Below are positions 29,207 through 40,408 of a DNA stretch of 64,000 nt, piece by piece. Position 1 is the stretch's first letter, and each line of letters begins with the position of its first letter. The stretch is from an uncultured Marinoscillum sp. (GTDB taxonomy: Bacteria; Bacteroidota; Bacteroidia; Cytophagales; MED-G16): contig CACOFQ010000001.1 in NCBI GenBank assembly GCA_902626505.1, positions 5,471 through 69,470 on the forward strand, given 5' to 3'. The notes under the pieces were generated by a model. It was given only the letters and a program-made list of their open reading frames with translations. It was not told the DNA's origin and did not search any database. The position numbers and the translations under genes are program-made.

Positions 29207-30385
29207 ATGAAAAAAAAAATATCATACTTTAGTCTATTCCTATCTTTTTTAAAAACGGGTACAATATCATTTGGTGGATACATGATGTTAATTTCTATGA
29301 TTCAAAGAGAATTTTCTAAAAACAGAAAGTTAATTAAGAATAAAAAAATTCTTGATGCTATTACCATGGCTAGTTTTCTTCCTGGACCTATGGCAATAAA
29401 TGTTGCATCATATATTGGTTTTTTATTAAAAGGTTGGAAAGGAGCAATTGTTTCATTTATTGGAGTTCTACTTCCTTCTTTTCTATTGATGATATTATTC
29501 TCACACCTTTACATTAATTCAAAAAATATTCCTGGATTTTCTTCATTTTTTAATGGTGTAATGCCAGTTGTAGCTGCTGTTATTTTTTCAGTTGCCTTTG
29601 GTTTTTATAAAGAAACAAAAGATAAAAAGTTTGCTTTTTTATTATTTATATTAAGCTTAACCATAACATCATTAATTAAAGGTTATATTTCAATCATTCT
29701 CCCTTTAATTGTATGTGGAATTTTAAATCTTTTATATAATGGAGATAAGATTAAAAAAATTTCAAATCCTAAAAAAGCATTTATCAGAGTTAAGGGGATA
29801 ATTATTGCTTTCATTATTCTTACTTTATTACTTGTTTTTTTAAATGTAGCACCAATTACTTCCTTAAATTTTATATTATCTAAAGTTTTTGCAAATATTT
29901 CTCTTTCGCTATTTGGTGGTGGTTATGTTTTTATTCCATACTTGGATAAGATAATTGTTGAGCAGTTGGGTTGGCTAACTAAAAGAGAATTTGTAGATTC
30001 AATAGCTATGGGCCAGATTACACCGGGACCAATTTTAATAACGGCTACTTTTATAGGATATAAGTTAAATGGTTTTATTGGTGCTTTTTTATCAACTTTA
30101 TCAATATTTCTTCCTTCTTCAGTTGTAATAATTTTCTTTTCAAGAATTTATTATTTTATTAAAAAAAATAATACTGTCAAGCTTATTATTCAAGGATTTA
30201 AAATTGGAATTATAGGTTTAATATTTTATTCTGGTTGTATTATAATGTTAAAGCAAGTTGAGGAATTTAATTTAATAACATTATTTATTTGCTTATTATC
30301 TTTTATCTTATTTACAAGAACCAAGGTTCATCCAATATTTATAATTTTAATTTCTGGAGTAATTGGTTTTTATTTTAAATTTTAA
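29207..30385 (+). CDS. chrA: Chromate ion transporter (CHR) family protein, two-domain form
   Basis: FGGYMMLISMIQREF and a second half with FGGGYVFIPYL...GQITPGPI, the duplicated CHR-domain signature. Confidence 0.8.
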   Translation: MKKKISYFSLFLSFLKTGTISFGGYMMLISMIQREFSKNRKLIKNKKILDAITMASFLPGPMAINVASYIGFLLKGWKGAIVSFIGVLLPSFLLMILFSHLYINSKNIPGFSSFFNGVMPVVAAVIFSVAFGFYKETKDKKFAFLLFILSLTITSLIKGYISIILPLIVCGILNLLYNGDKIKKISNPKKAFIRVKGIIIAFIILTLLLVFLNVAPITSLNFILSKVFANISLSLFGGGYVFIPYLDKIIVEQLGWLTKREFVDSIAMGQITPGPILITATFIGYKLNGFIGAFLSTLSIFLPSSVVIIFFSRIYYFIKKNNTVKLIIQGFKIGIIGLIFYSGCIIMLKQVEEFNLITLFICLLSFILFTRTKVHPIFIILISGVIGFYFKF

Positions 30386-31146
30386 TAATCTATTAATTTA
30401 AATTTTGATGAGTCATATTCAAGGTATGATGACCCATTTATCCATTCACCACAATTGAAATAAGTACTTTCTTTTGATATTTTATATTCATTTTTAAAAT
30501 GACTATGACCAAAGATAAAAAAATTTACTTCCTCATTTTTTAAATATTCCCTACAATAATTTATTATTCTATCATCATTTTTTTTTGCATTTTCAGAAAT
30601 ATTAATTTTTGTTTTTGAGCCAGAAAAATATCTACCTAAAGGTATACCTATATCAGGATGAATCCATTTAAATAAAAACTGAAAAATTTTATTTTTAAAA
30701 AAAACCTTTTTTAAAAATTTATAACCCAAGTCACCATCTCCAAGCCCATCCCCATGACCAATAAGAATTATTTTATTATCAATTTCAAATTCTTGTGGTT
30801 CTTTGTATATTTTAATACCTAGGTCCTTAAAATAACTTCTTATCCATAAATCATGGTTTCCAAGGAAATAATGAAAATTTATACCTTCTTCAATCATATT
30901 AGATATAGTAGATAAAAATCTCAAATTATCCTTTGGTATTACATTATCATATTCAAACCAAAAATCAAAAATATCTCCAAGAAGGAATACATCCTGGGCA
31001 TTATTATTAATTGAGTTTAACCAAGAAATTATTTTTTTTTCTCTTTTTAATGAGGAGTTTCTATCTGGTCTACCAAGATGGAAGTCACCAGTAAAATAAA
31101 TTTTTTTATTCTTTTTTCTCTGAAGTTGTATCCTCTGTACTGTCAT
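30382..31146 (-). CDS. lpxH: UDP-2,3-diacylglucosamine diphosphatase (LpxH-type metallophosphoesterase)
   Basis: [28 protein letters not shown] and GHGDG, then FGHSH. The only ATG lies 41 nt inside the ftsH 3' end. Confidence 0.8.
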   Translation of the reverse strand: MTVQRIQLQRKKNKKIYFTGDFHLGRPDRNSSLKREKKIISWLNSINNNAQDVFLLGDIFDFWFEYDNVIPKDNLRFLSTISNMIEEGINFHYFLGNHDLWIRSYFKDLGIKIYKEPQEFEIDNKIILIGHGDGLGDGDLGYKFLKKVFFKNKIFQFLFKWIHPDIGIPLGRYFSGSKTKINISENAKKNDDRIINYCREYLKNEEVNFFIFGHSHFKNEYKISKESTYFNCGEWINGSSYLEYDSSKFKLIDY

Positions 31147-33091
31147 CTATTTTTTTGCTTTCATTATCTGTAGATTTAACTAATTTAAATGGTCTTTTAC
31201 CTATAAGTGTTTCTAAATCATTTTGAAATAAAATTTCTTTCTCTAAAAGTTTTTTTGCAATTTTTTCAAGTTGCTCTCTTTTCTCAATTAGCAGTCTTTT
31301 AGTTCTATCATATGCATTATCAACAATCCTCTTAACTTCAGAATCAATCTTTTCTGCTGTGGAGTCAGAGTATGGTTTAGTAAAATTATAGTCAGACTGT
31401 TTAGAATCATGAAAAGATATATTACCAATATTTTTATTCATTCCATATACTGAAACAATACTATAAGCCATTTTAGTTATTCTTTCTAAATCACTAAGTG
31501 CTCCAGTTGAAATTTTTCCAAATATTATTTCTTCAGCAGCTCTCCCTCCAAGAGCCATACACATCTCATCTAATAATTGATCAGTTTGGTATAGATACTG
31601 TTCTTTTGGAAGATATTGAGCATAACCTAAAGCTGCAATACCTCTTGGAACAATACTTACTTTTACAAGTGGATCTGCATGTTCTAGATACCACCCTGCA
31701 ACTGCATGACCAGCTTCGTGATATGCAACAATCTTTTTCTCTTCCGGCGAAATAATTTTGTTTTTCTTTTCTAAACCTCCAATCACCCTATCAATTGCGT
31801 CTTGGAAATCTGACATTTCTATAGATTCCTTATTTTTTCTAGCTGCAATAAGAGCAGATTCATTACATACATTTGCAATTTCAGCACCTGCAAATCCAGG
31901 AGTTTGAGCCGATAAATTTTTTATATTTACATCCTTATTTAATTTTAGATTTCTTACATGGACTTTGAAAATTTCTTCTCTTCCTTTTAAATCAGGTTTA
32001 TCTATTGAAATTTGTCTATCAAATCTTCCAGGTCTTAATAATGCAGAATCTAGAACATCAGGTCGATTTGTTGCTGCTAAAATAATAACTCCTGAATCAG
32101 TTGAAAAACCATCCATTTCAACAAGAAGAGAATTTAATGTGTTTTCTCTCTCATCATTAGATCCAGGCATTTGACCTCTACCTCTACTTCTTCCAATTGC
32201 ATCTATTTCATCAATAAAAACTATACATGGAGCTTTTTCTTTAGCTTTTTTAAATAAATCTCTAACTCGTGCAGCTCCAACTCCAACAAACATTTCAACA
32301 AAATCCGATCCTGAAAGAGAATAAAATGGAACATTAGCTTCTCCTGCTACAGCTTTTGCTAATAATGTTTTACCTGTTCCTGGAGAGCCAACAAGTAAAG
32401 CACCTTTAGGTATTTTACCACCTAATTTTGTGAATTTTTTTGGGTTTTTAAGAAATTCAACAATTTCTTTTACCTCCTCTTTTGCTTCTTCTAAACCAGC
32501 TACATCTTTAAAAGATAATTTAATCTTACTTTCTTTATCAAATAAAGAGGCTTTAGACTTTCCAATATTAAATATTTGTCCACCAGGTCCACCACCCGTA
32601 GACATTCTTCTTAATAGGAACCAGAAGCCAATAAGAATTAAGATAGTAAATCCCCAAGTTTGTAAAAATGAATATATATCTGTCCTACTTTCAGTTAAAT
32701 ATTCTATTTCATTCGAATTCTCTCTTCCTAGGGTACTTATTAAATCATCATATCTTTTTTCAAAAGATTCAATTGAAGATACTTCAAGTTTATAATGAGG
32801 TCCATAAGTATTACTTAATAAATTAGAGGATTCTAATTCATCTTTGTACGTTGAATTTAATAAAGCTTCTTCTTTTAAAGTAATTTCAATTATTTCTTGA
32901 TTTTTAATTACAATAATTCTTGATATGTCATGGCTTTTAATCATTTTTTGGAAACGGTTGTAATCTATATTTATTGGTTTAGTTGAGAAAAAACCAAATG
33001 ATAGGTAAATGAATATTGAGATAAGAAAAACAATCCAAATTTGATTGTTAAAGTTATTATTCATAATATTCTTATTAGATTTTTTTTTCAT
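31106..33091 (-). CDS. ftsH: ATP-dependent zinc metalloprotease FtsH
   Basis: [18 protein letters not shown] Walker [10 protein letters not shown] Walker B, second region of homology (SRH) motif [19 protein letters not shown], and the HEAGHA zinc site. Confidence 0.95.
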   Translation of the reverse strand: MKKKSNKNIMNNNFNNQIWIVFLISIFIYLSFGFFSTKPINIDYNRFQKMIKSHDISRIIVIKNQEIIEITLKEEALLNSTYKDELESSNLLSNTYGPHYKLEVSSIESFEKRYDDLISTLGRENSNEIEYLTESRTDIYSFLQTWGFTILILIGFWFLLRRMSTGGGPGGQIFNIGKSKASLFDKESKIKLSFKDVAGLEEAKEEVKEIVEFLKNPKKFTKLGGKIPKGALLVGSPGTGKTLLAKAVAGEANVPFYSLSGSDFVEMFVGVGAARVRDLFKKAKEKAPCIVFIDEIDAIGRSRGRGQMPGSNDERENTLNSLLVEMDGFSTDSGVIILAATNRPDVLDSALLRPGRFDRQISIDKPDLKGREEIFKVHVRNLKLNKDVNIKNLSAQTPGFAGAEIANVCNESALIAARKNKESIEMSDFQDAIDRVIGGLEKKNKIISPEEKKIVAYHEAGHAVAGWYLEHADPLVKVSIVPRGIAALGYAQYLPKEQYLYQTDQLLDEMCMALGGRAAEEIIFGKISTGALSDLERITKMAYSIVSVYGMNKNIGNISFHDSKQSDYNFTKPYSDSTAEKIDSEVKRIVDNAYDRTKRLLIEKREQLEKIAKKLLEKEILFQNDLETLIGKRPFKLVKSTDNESKKIDDSTEDTTSEKKE

Positions 33092-33462
33092 TTTTTAGTA
33101 TTAAATTCTTTTATTATCCCATCCCCCCATAAATTTTCTAAATTATATAAATCTCTTTTATTCTCATCAAATATGTGTGCAACTACATTTACAAAATCAA
33201 TTAAAATCCATTCACTGTTTTCTAAGCCCTCTTTTTTCCATGGCCTTTCTTTATATTTTTTATAAACATCAACTTGAACTCCATCTGCAATTGCGTCAAT
33301 GTGAACATTTGAGTTTCCAGTTGCTAAAACGAAATAATCTGTGATTGAGTTTTTTATATTTTTTAAATTTATAATTCTAATATCAATTGCTTTCTTATCG
33401 TCCATACAATTGGCTATAAATGAGCTAAGTTTATCAGAATTTATTTTTTGTTTTATTTTCAA
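33088..33462 (-). CDS. rsfS: Ribosome silencing factor RsfS
   Basis: 124 aa. [15 protein letters not shown] and W.L.DF..VV.HIF motifs. Confidence 0.9.
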   Translation of the reverse strand: MKIKQKINSDKLSSFIANCMDDKKAIDIRIINLKNIKNSITDYFVLATGNSNVHIDAIADGVQVDVYKKYKERPWKKEGLENSEWILIDFVNVVAHIFDENKRDLYNLENLWGDGIIKEFNTKK

Positions 33463-33488
33463 TATATATTGCTACTAATTATTCTATT

Positions 33489-34238
33489 ATGAGCAAAAAA
33501 GCTGCCAAAACATTATTTAAAGACAAAATTAATATTTATGTGTCAGAATGTCTCTCAACTAATGATTTTTTGATTCAATTTATTAAAAAAAATAATAATG
33601 ATGAGGGTATTACTGTAATTTCAGATTATCAAATTAAGGGTAAAGGACAAAGAAATAATACTTGGCTTTCAGAGAAAGGTAAAAACCTCCTTTTTTCTTT
33701 TCTTATTAAACCAAATTTACCTGTAAAGGATCAATTTAAACTTCATATAATAACTTCATTATCATTAGTAAAAACTTTACAAAAAATTGGTTTAAAAAAT
33801 ATTAAAGTTAAATGGCCTAATGATATATATATACTGAAAAAAAAAATTTCTGGAATATTAATAGAAAGTCAAGTAACAAATAAGAAAATATCTCAGTCAA
33901 TAATTGGTATTGGATTAAACGTTAATCAAAAACAATTTGATCAGTTGAATGCTACATCTATTATTAATGAGTTGAATTATGAGTATGATTTAAATAAAGT
34001 TTTAAAAATTTTTTATTCGTTTTTTGAGGAAGAGTATATAAATCTTTCAAAAAACATTAAAAGTTTAAAAGAAAAATATAAAAGCAATTTATATGGTTTA
34101 AATAAACCCATAGAGTTTTATAATAGTGGCAAAAAGAATGAAGGTGTAATAATTGATATAAGTTCTGATGGAGGAATTATCATTCAGGTTAAAAATAAGC
34201 AGCAAAAATATTATTTTGGCTCCATATCATTCTCTTAA
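33489..34238 (+). CDS. birA: Biotin--[acetyl-CoA-carboxylase] ligase without the HTH domain
   Basis: Q.KGKGQRNNTW.S..G.NL.FS and KWPNDIY...KKISGILIE motifs. Confidence 0.8.
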   Translation: MSKKAAKTLFKDKINIYVSECLSTNDFLIQFIKKNNNDEGITVISDYQIKGKGQRNNTWLSEKGKNLLFSFLIKPNLPVKDQFKLHIITSLSLVKTLQKIGLKNIKVKWPNDIYILKKKISGILIESQVTNKKISQSIIGIGLNVNQKQFDQLNATSIINELNYEYDLNKVLKIFYSFFEEEYINLSKNIKSLKEKYKSNLYGLNKPIEFYNSGKKNEGVIIDISSDGGIIIQVKNKQQKYYFGSISFS

Positions 34239-34274
34239 AGTTTTTGAAGTAATTAAAATCACCTAATTTTATAT

Positions 34275-34838
34275 ATGTCAAAATTTATTATACTTTCTGC
34301 GCCTTCTGGATCAGGTAAGTCAACTTTAGCCTCTCATTTACTTTCAGAAATTGAATCATTATCTTTTTCAATTTCATCTACCACCCGAAATATTAGAAAA
34401 AACGAAAAAAACGGAGTTGATTATTATTTTATATCTCAAAAAGAATTTAAGCAAAATATAAATAATAATAATTTTATTGAATGGGAACAGGTATATAATA
34501 ATGATTATAAGGGTACTTTAAAAAGTGAGATTATAAGATTAATCGAAGAAGGTAGAAATATAATATTTGATGTTGATGTAGTTGGAGGGTTAAATTTAAA
34601 AAAATATTTCGGAAAAGATTCTCTATCAATTTTTGTTGATGTTCCATCTTTAGAAGATTTAAAAATTAGACTATTGAAAAGAGGTACTGATTTGAAAGGA
34701 AATATTGAAGAGAGATTGAGTAAAGCAAAGAAGGAAATTTCTTTAAAAAATAATTTTGACATTATTATTATGAATGATAATATTGGTAAATCAAAAAATG
34801 AAATTTTAAAACTTGTATCTAAATTTCTTTCTGAATGA
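34275..34838 (+). CDS. gmk: Guanylate kinase
   Basis: ILSAPSGSGKSTL P-loop, TTR..R..E..GVDYYF and EWEQVYNNDYKGT. Confidence 0.9.
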   Translation: MSKFIILSAPSGSGKSTLASHLLSEIESLSFSISSTTRNIRKNEKNGVDYYFISQKEFKQNINNNNFIEWEQVYNNDYKGTLKSEIIRLIEEGRNIIFDVDVVGGLNLKKYFGKDSLSIFVDVPSLEDLKIRLLKRGTDLKGNIEERLSKAKKEISLKNNFDIIIMNDNIGKSKNEILKLVSKFLSE

Positions 34839-35380
34839 TTATAGGATTATTTTTCGGATCATTTAACCCAATTCATAATGCACATATAAATATTGCAAAT
34901 GAGGTTATTGATAAATCTGATGTAGAGAAAGTATGGATGGTTTTGTCTCCACAAAGTCCAGACAAAAAAAATATAATAGATAAAAATATTAGGTATGGTC
35001 TTATGGAGATCGCTTTATCTAAATTTAAAAACATCTTAATCTCAACCATTGAGTTTGATATGCCTTTGCCAAATTATACTCATAATACTTTACAGAAAAT
35101 TTCTAAAGAATTTCCTTCTTTTGAATTTAGAATTATTATGGGTGAAGACAATTACAATAAAATTCAAAAATGGAAAGATTATAAGTATATTTTAAAAAAG
35201 TATAAAATTATTGTATACCCAAGAAGTAAAGTATCTCCTAAAAGTATTTTTTCAGAAAAAATTTACAATGTTTCATCCACAAAAATTAGAAGTAATATCA
35301 AAAATAAAAAAAGTATAAGTGATTATGTACCTATCGAGGTTGAAAAAAAAATAATAGAGGATAAATTGTACCTTATATAG
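34835..35380 (+). CDS. nadD: Nicotinate-nucleotide adenylyltransferase
   Basis: GLFFGSFNPIHNAH (HxGH-type motif) and SSTKIR near the C-terminus. Overlaps gmk by 4 nt. Confidence 0.85.
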   Translation: MIIGLFFGSFNPIHNAHINIANEVIDKSDVEKVWMVLSPQSPDKKNIIDKNIRYGLMEIALSKFKNILISTIEFDMPLPNYTHNTLQKISKEFPSFEFRIIMGEDNYNKIQKWKDYKYILKKYKIIVYPRSKVSPKSIFSEKIYNVSSTKIRSNIKNKKSISDYVPIEVEKKIIEDKLYLI

Positions 35381-35933
35381 TGGTAATTTCAGTTTCTTTT
35401 GATCTAATTATTTCTTCAATTTTATTAATTTTTGAATCAGTAATTTTTTGAATTTCATTTTCACCATCTTTAATTGAATCTTCAGAAATACCTTCATTAG
35501 AAAGTTTTTTTATCATTTCATTTGATTCTTTCCTTACTGATCTAATACTGATTTTTCCTTTTTCACCTTCTCCTTTTATTTGCTTAACAAGAATAAGTCT
35601 TCTTTCCTCGGTAAGTGGTGGAATATTTATAATTACATTTTCGCCATCATTTTGAGGGTTAAGTCCTAAATCACTACTTACAATAGCTTTTTCTATGTCT
35701 TGTATAATTGTTTTTTCCCATGGTTTAACAAATAAAGTCCTGGAGTCAGGTGTTGTTATTGAGGCTACTTGTAAAATTGGAGTTGGGGATCCATAATAAT
35801 CAACCATTACACTATCAAGCATACTAGGCGTGGCTTTCCCAGCTCTAATTTTTTTAAGTTCAGACATTAAAAATTGAATAGATTTTTCCATTCTTTCTTT
35901 TGTATCCTCAAGTATTAAATCTATTTCTTCCAT
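35373..35933 (-). CDS. frr: Ribosome recycling factor
   Basis: RAGKATPSMLD.V.VDYYGS.TP..QVA, IPPLTEERR and SIR..R motifs. Confidence 0.95.
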   Translation of the reverse strand: MEEIDLILEDTKERMEKSIQFLMSELKKIRAGKATPSMLDSVMVDYYGSPTPILQVASITTPDSRTLFVKPWEKTIIQDIEKAIVSSDLGLNPQNDGENVIINIPPLTEERRLILVKQIKGEGEKGKISIRSVRKESNEMIKKLSNEGISEDSIKDGENEIQKITDSKINKIEEIIRSKETEITTI

Positions 35934-35934
35934 A

Positions 35935-36639
35935 TTAATAAATTAGTGTTCCAACTTTTTCTCCTTCAATTAACTTCATTAAGTTACCTGGTTTGTTCAT
36001 ATCAAATACTATAATTGGCAGATTATTTTCTTTGCATAATGTGAAAGCAGTCATATCCATTATACTAAGATTTTTTTCATAAGCTTCGTTGAAAGTTAAT
36101 TCATTATATTTTTTTGCATTTTTAACTTTTTCTGGATCATTATCATAAACCCCATCTACTCGAGTTCCTTTTAAAACTATATTAGCTTCAATTTCAATAG
36201 CTCTGAGACTTGCTGTAGAATCTGTTGTAAAGTATGGTTTTCCTAATCCAGCACCGAAGATTACGATTCTACCCTTTTCTAGATGTCTAATAGCTTTTCT
36301 TCTAATAAAGGGCTCACATACTTGGTGAACATTAAAGCCCGACATTAATCTTGTATAACAATTTAACTTTTCTAAATGACTTTGAAGTGCCATGCTATTA
36401 ATAAGAGTAGCCATCATACCCATATAGTCTCCTTGTACTCTATTGATTCCTGATTTTTCCGCTTCAATCCCTCTATAAATATTTCCACCTCCTATAACAA
36501 TTGCGACTTCAATACCTTTTTCATGAATATTTTTAATTTGTTGAGAATATTTTTCTAGTAATGAGGGATCAATACCATATTTTTTTTCTCCCATAAGAGC
36601 TTCGCCACTTAACTTTAATAATATTCTTTTGTATTTCAT
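35935..36639 (-). CDS. pyrH: UMP kinase
   Basis: YKRILLKLSGEALMG, VIGGGNIYRG and TTDSTASLRA.E..A, then KGT.VDGVYD.DP. Confidence 0.95.
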   Translation of the reverse strand: MKYKRILLKLSGEALMGEKKYGIDPSLLEKYSQQIKNIHEKGIEVAIVIGGGNIYRGIEAEKSGINRVQGDYMGMMATLINSMALQSHLEKLNCYTRLMSGFNVHQVCEPFIRRKAIRHLEKGRIVIFGAGLGKPYFTTDSTASLRAIEIEANIVLKGTRVDGVYDNDPEKVKNAKKYNELTFNEAYEKNLSIMDMTAFTLCKENNLPIIVFDMNKPGNLMKLIEGEKVGTLIY

Positions 36640-36728
36640 GTTGTGTTTTATAAATCTAAATATTTAATAATGATTTTTTCTCCTGTTTTAAGAGTAATTT
36701 TTTTAAAAATTTAATTTGTATTTAAAAA

Positions 36729-36759
36729 TTTGTTATAAATAAAAAAGAATATAATTTTG
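36729..36759 (+). promoter_or_regulatory. Bacteroidota sigma-A type promoter for the tRNA-Tyr/Gly/Thr (and tuf) unit
   Basis: TTTG (36729-36732), 19-nt spacer, TAATTTTG (36752-36759). Matches the TTTG-N19-21-TAnnTTTG consensus. It lies about 47 nt upstream of tRNA-Tyr. Confidence 0.55.
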
Positions 36760-36805
36760 CTGACCTTTGAGCTGTAGAGGCGATATGTTGTAAATTTTGA
36801 TTTTT

Positions 36806-36888
36806 GGGGGGATACCAAAGCGGTCAAATGGGGCAGACTGTAAATCTGTTGACTTATGTCTTCGCAGGTTCGAATCCTGCTCCCCCCA
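36806..36888 (+). tRNA. tRNA-Tyr (anticodon GTA)
   Basis: Acceptor GGGGGGA/TCCCCCC, anticodon loop ACTGTAAAT context, a long variable arm and GGTTCGAATCC. Length 83 nt. Confidence 0.9.
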
Positions 36889-36907
36889 CATAATTTATGA
36901 TAAATAA

Positions 36908-36980
36908 GCGGGCGTAGCTCAGTTGGTAGAGCGACAGCCTTCCAAGCTGTAGGTCGAGGGTTCGAATCTCTTCGCCCGCT
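36908..36980 (+). tRNA. tRNA-Gly (anticodon TCC)
   Basis: Acceptor GCGGGCG/CGCCCGC, anticodon stem ACAGC/GCTGT with loop CTTCCAA, and GGTTCGAATC T-loop. Confidence 0.9.
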
Positions 36981-36985
36981 CACAT

Positions 36986-37057
<72 letters not shown>

Positions 37058-37076
37058 CGATAAAAAAAATAAATAA

Positions 37077-37106
37077 TTGAAATATTATTTAATTAAGTTA
37101 AATTTG
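37077..37106 (+). promoter_or_regulatory. Candidate internal promoter upstream of tuf
   Basis: aTTG (37077-37079), 19-nt spacer, TAAATTTG (37099-37106). It lies 18 nt upstream of the tuf ATG. Confidence 0.4.
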
Positions 37107-37123
37107 AGTTAAATTTTAAAATT

Positions 37124-38311
37124 ATGGCAAAAGAAACCTTTGATAGATCGAAGCCCCATGTAAATATTGGGACTGTTGGTCACGTTGATCATGGTAAAAC
37201 TACTCTTACTGCTGCTATCACTAAAGTATTAGCTGATAAAGGATTAGCAGAAAAAAGAGATTTTGAACAAATTGATAATGCTCCTGAAGAAAAAGAAAGG
37301 GGTATTACCATTAATACTGCACATGTTGAATATCAAACTGATAATAGACATTATGCTCATGTAGATTGTCCAGGTCACGCTGATTATGTAAAAAATATGG
37401 TAACTGGTGCTGCACAAATGGATGGAGCTATTCTAGTTGTTGCTGGTACTGATGGCCCTATGCCTCAGACTAGAGAACATATACTTTTAGCAAGACAAGT
37501 TGGTGTACCCGCATTAGTTGTTTTTATAAATAAAGTTGATTTAGTAGATGACTCTGAATTATTAGAATTAGTTGAAATGGAAATAAGAGAACTTCTAAGT
37601 TTTTATAAGTTTCCAGGTGATGATATTCCTGTAGTTCAGGGATCAGCATTAGGAGCTTTAGAAGGAAAAGCTGAGTGGGTAGAAAAAATTATGGAACTTA
37701 TGAGTCAAGTTGATTCTTATATCCCTGAACCTACAAGAGAAACAGATAAAGACTTTTTAATGCCAGTTGAAGATGTATTCTCTATAACAGGAAGAGGTAC
37801 TGTTGCTACAGGTAGAATTGAAAGAGGTGTCGTTAATACATCTGATGCTGTAGATATTATTGGTATGGGTGCAGAAGATTTAAAATCTACTATAACAGGA
37901 GTAGAAATGTTTAGAAAGATTTTAGATAAAGGTCAAGCTGGTGATAATGCAGGTCTTCTTTTGAGAGGTATAGAAAAAACTGATATCAAAAGAGGAATGA
38001 TTATTTGTAAGCCTGGATCAGTAACTCCTCATGCTCATTTTAAGGCGGAAGTTTATGTTTTATCTAAAGAAGAAGGTGGTAGACATACTCCTTTTTTCAA
38101 TAAATATAGACCTCAGTTTTATATGAGAACAACTGACGTTACTGGCGAAATTATGTTGCCAGATAAAGTTGAGATGGTCATGCCAGGAGATAACCTAACA
38201 ATTGAGGTAAAATTAATTAATGCTGTTGCTCTTGAGCAAGGATTAAGATTCGCAATTAGAGAAGGAGGAAGAACTGTTGGAGCGGGTCAAGTAACAGAAA
38301 TTTTAGACTAA
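37124..38311 (+). CDS. tuf: Elongation factor Tu
   Basis: [30 protein letters not shown] and NKVDLV, across 395 aa. Confidence 0.98.
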   Translation: MAKETFDRSKPHVNIGTVGHVDHGKTTLTAAITKVLADKGLAEKRDFEQIDNAPEEKERGITINTAHVEYQTDNRHYAHVDCPGHADYVKNMVTGAAQMDGAILVVAGTDGPMPQTREHILLARQVGVPALVVFINKVDLVDDSELLELVEMEIRELLSFYKFPGDDIPVVQGSALGALEGKAEWVEKIMELMSQVDSYIPEPTRETDKDFLMPVEDVFSITGRGTVATGRIERGVVNTSDAVDIIGMGAEDLKSTITGVEMFRKILDKGQAGDNAGLLLRGIEKTDIKRGMIICKPGSVTPHAHFKAEVYVLSKEEGGRHTPFFNKYRPQFYMRTTDVTGEIMLPDKVEMVMPGDNLTIEVKLINAVALEQGLRFAIREGGRTVGAGQVTEILD

Positions 38312-38381
38312 AATTTTTAAATTTTTTTTAACAAATTATTTAACTTATTTATTTGTTAAATAATAACAATTATTCTAAATT

Positions 38382-38404
38382 TGCAGGCCGTTGGCCTGCA
38401 TTTT
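38382..38404 (+). terminator. Rho-independent terminator after tuf
   Basis: TGCAGGCC-GTT-GGCCTGCA 8-bp GC-rich stem followed by TTTT. Confidence 0.7.
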
Positions 38405-38410
38405 AGTTAT

Positions 38411-38483
38411 ACGGGTGTAGCTCAATTGGTAGAGTAGCGGTCTCCAAAACCGTTGGTTGGGTGTTCGAGTCACTCCACCCGTG
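38411..38483 (+). tRNA. tRNA-Trp (anticodon CCA)
   Basis: Acceptor ACGGGTG/CACCCGT, anticodon stem GCGGT/ACCGT with loop CTCCAAA, and GTTCGAGTC T-loop. Confidence 0.9.
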
Positions 38484-38506
38484 CTAGGGCCGTTTAATTT
38501 TTTGAT

Positions 38507-38698
38507 ATGAATAAATTAGTAGTTTTAATTTCTGAATCCTATCAAGAAATGGTAAATAAAGTTACCTGGCCAAGTCTAAACAGTTTACAGAGCAGCTCTG
38601 TTTTAGTACTTATTGCTTCCTTAATTTTTGCTCTTTTTATTGGCCTAATAGATTTAGGATTTGAAAATGTAATGTCTCTATTTTACGAGACCTTTTAA
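38507..38698 (+). CDS. secE: Preprotein translocase subunit SecE
   Basis: 63 aa with a single C-terminal TM segment and a KV.WPS motif, in the conserved position between tRNA-Trp and nusG. Confidence 0.9.
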   Translation: MNKLVVLISESYQEMVNKVTWPSLNSLQSSSVLVLIASLIFALFIGLIDLGFENVMSLFYETF

Positions 38699-38707
38699 TT
38701 AAAAAAG

Positions 38708-39259
38708 ATGAGTTTGAATTGGTATGTTTTAAGGGCTATTAGTGGTAAAGAAAATAAGATAAAAACTTATTTAGAAAAGGAAATTAATAGAAATAAACTT
38801 GAAAAATTTATTCCTGAAATCATGATTCCACATGAAAAAGTTTATGTGATGAGAAATGGAAAGAAAAAATTGAAAGAAAGAAACTTCCTTCCTGGTTATG
38901 TCCTTATTTCAGCAGACTTCTCACACGGTGAAGTTCAACATGTTATAAAAAATGTTCCTGGTGTTATTGGATTTTTAGGTTCTGGTACTGGTGCATCTAA
39001 AGTTCCTATACCTTTAAGAGAAGCAGAGATTAATAGAATTTTTGGAAAATTTGATGAAGAAAATAGTGGAGATGAGTCATTGATTTCACCTTTTGTAGTC
39101 GGTGAAGACGTAAAAGTTATGGATGGCCCATTTAGTGGTTTTACAGGATCCATATCTCAGGTATTTGAAGATAGAAAAAAAGTAAATGTAACAGTTAAAA
39201 TTTTTGGTAGAAATACTCCTGTAGAATTAAATTATTATCAGGTTGAAAAATCAAATTAA
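38708..39259 (+). CDS. nusG: Transcription termination/antitermination factor NusG
   Basis: [16 protein letters not shown] domain, and a KOW motif ([18 protein letters not shown]). Confidence 0.95.
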   Translation: MSLNWYVLRAISGKENKIKTYLEKEINRNKLEKFIPEIMIPHEKVYVMRNGKKKLKERNFLPGYVLISADFSHGEVQHVIKNVPGVIGFLGSGTGASKVPIPLREAEINRIFGKFDEENSGDESLISPFVVGEDVKVMDGPFSGFTGSISQVFEDRKKVNVTVKIFGRNTPVELNYYQVEKSN

Positions 39260-39264
39260 ATTAT

Positions 39265-39711
39265 ATGTCTAAACAGATAGATGGTTATTTAAAATTACAA
39301 GTAAGAGGTGGCCAAGCTAATCCTGCACCGCCTGTTGGTCCTGCTCTTGGTAGTAAGGGTATCAATATTATGGAATTTTGTAATCAATTTAATGCGAGAA
39401 CAGATGATAGAAAAGGTCAGGTACTCCCAGTAGTAATAACTATTTACAAAGACAAGTCATTTGATTTTGTTATTAAAACACCGCCAGCTTCAGTTCTTAT
39501 CTTACAAGCAGCAAATAAGAAAAAAGGATCAGATCAACCAAATCTAAACAAAGTTGCATCTATTACTTGGGATCAAGTGAAAGATATTGCTGAAACTAAA
39601 ATGAAAGATCTTAACTCATTTAAAATTACTTCTGCTATGAAAATGATAGCTGGAACAGCTAGAAGTATGGGAGTTAGAGTAAAAGGATCATTTCCTGAAA
39701 ATTTAAATTAG
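39265..39711 (+). CDS. rplK: 50S ribosomal protein L11
   Basis: [30 protein letters not shown]. Confidence 0.97.
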   Translation: MSKQIDGYLKLQVRGGQANPAPPVGPALGSKGINIMEFCNQFNARTDDRKGQVLPVVITIYKDKSFDFVIKTPPASVLILQAANKKKGSDQPNLNKVASITWDQVKDIAETKMKDLNSFKITSAMKMIAGTARSMGVRVKGSFPENLN

Positions 39712-40407
39712 ATGGCTAGAATAACTAAAAATAAAAAATTGTTAGAAGGTAAATATGATATTAATCATTTTTATACATTAGAGGAGGCTTCAAAAATAGT
39801 TAAGGATATAACTACAACAAAATTTGATGCTTCAGTAGATTTAGATATTCGGCTTGGTGTTGACCCGAAAAAAGCAGATCAAATGGTTAGAGGTAATGTA
39901 TCTCTCCCACATGGTACTGGTAAGGTTGTTAGAGTATTAGCATTATGTTCTCCTGATAAGGAAGATGAAGCAAAAAAAGCAGGTGCAGAACATATAGGTT
40001 TAGATGAATACATCAAAAAAATAGAATCTGGATGGACAGATATAGATGTTATTATTACTATGCCATCCTTAATGGCTAAATTAGGAAAACTGGGTAAGGT
40101 TTTAGGCCCTAGAGGTTTAATGCCTAATCCTAAGTCTGGAACTGTTACAAATGATATTGGTAAGGCTATAGAAGATGTTAAAAAAGGAAAGATTGATTTT
40201 AAGGTTGATAAATCCGGTATTATTCATGCATCAGTAGCGAAAGTTTCTTTTGATTCTAAAAAAATAGAAGAGAATGCTAATGAATTATTGAATACGGTTC
40301 AAAAATTAAAACCTTCCTCTTCAAAAGGAGTTTATTTTAAAAGCATTAATCTTTCAAGTACAATGAGTAGTTCAATTAAAATTGATAGTTCAACTTTAAT
40401 GAGTTAA
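39712..40407 (+). CDS. rplA: 50S ribosomal protein L1
   Basis: [24 protein letters not shown]...LPHGTGK and [14 protein letters not shown]. Confidence 0.97.
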   Translation: MARITKNKKLLEGKYDINHFYTLEEASKIVKDITTTKFDASVDLDIRLGVDPKKADQMVRGNVSLPHGTGKVVRVLALCSPDKEDEAKKAGAEHIGLDEYIKKIESGWTDIDVIITMPSLMAKLGKLGKVLGPRGLMPNPKSGTVTNDIGKAIEDVKKGKIDFKVDKSGIIHASVAKVSFDSKKIEENANELLNTVQKLKPSSSKGVYFKSINLSSTMSSSIKIDSSTLMS

Positions 40408-40408
40408 T

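Noticed and set aside
31498-32795. Plus-strand ORFs 31498-31755, 31965-32174 and 32430-32795
   Set aside because: They are antisense to ftsH, which is full length with Walker A/B, second region of homology (SRH) and HEAGH motifs.
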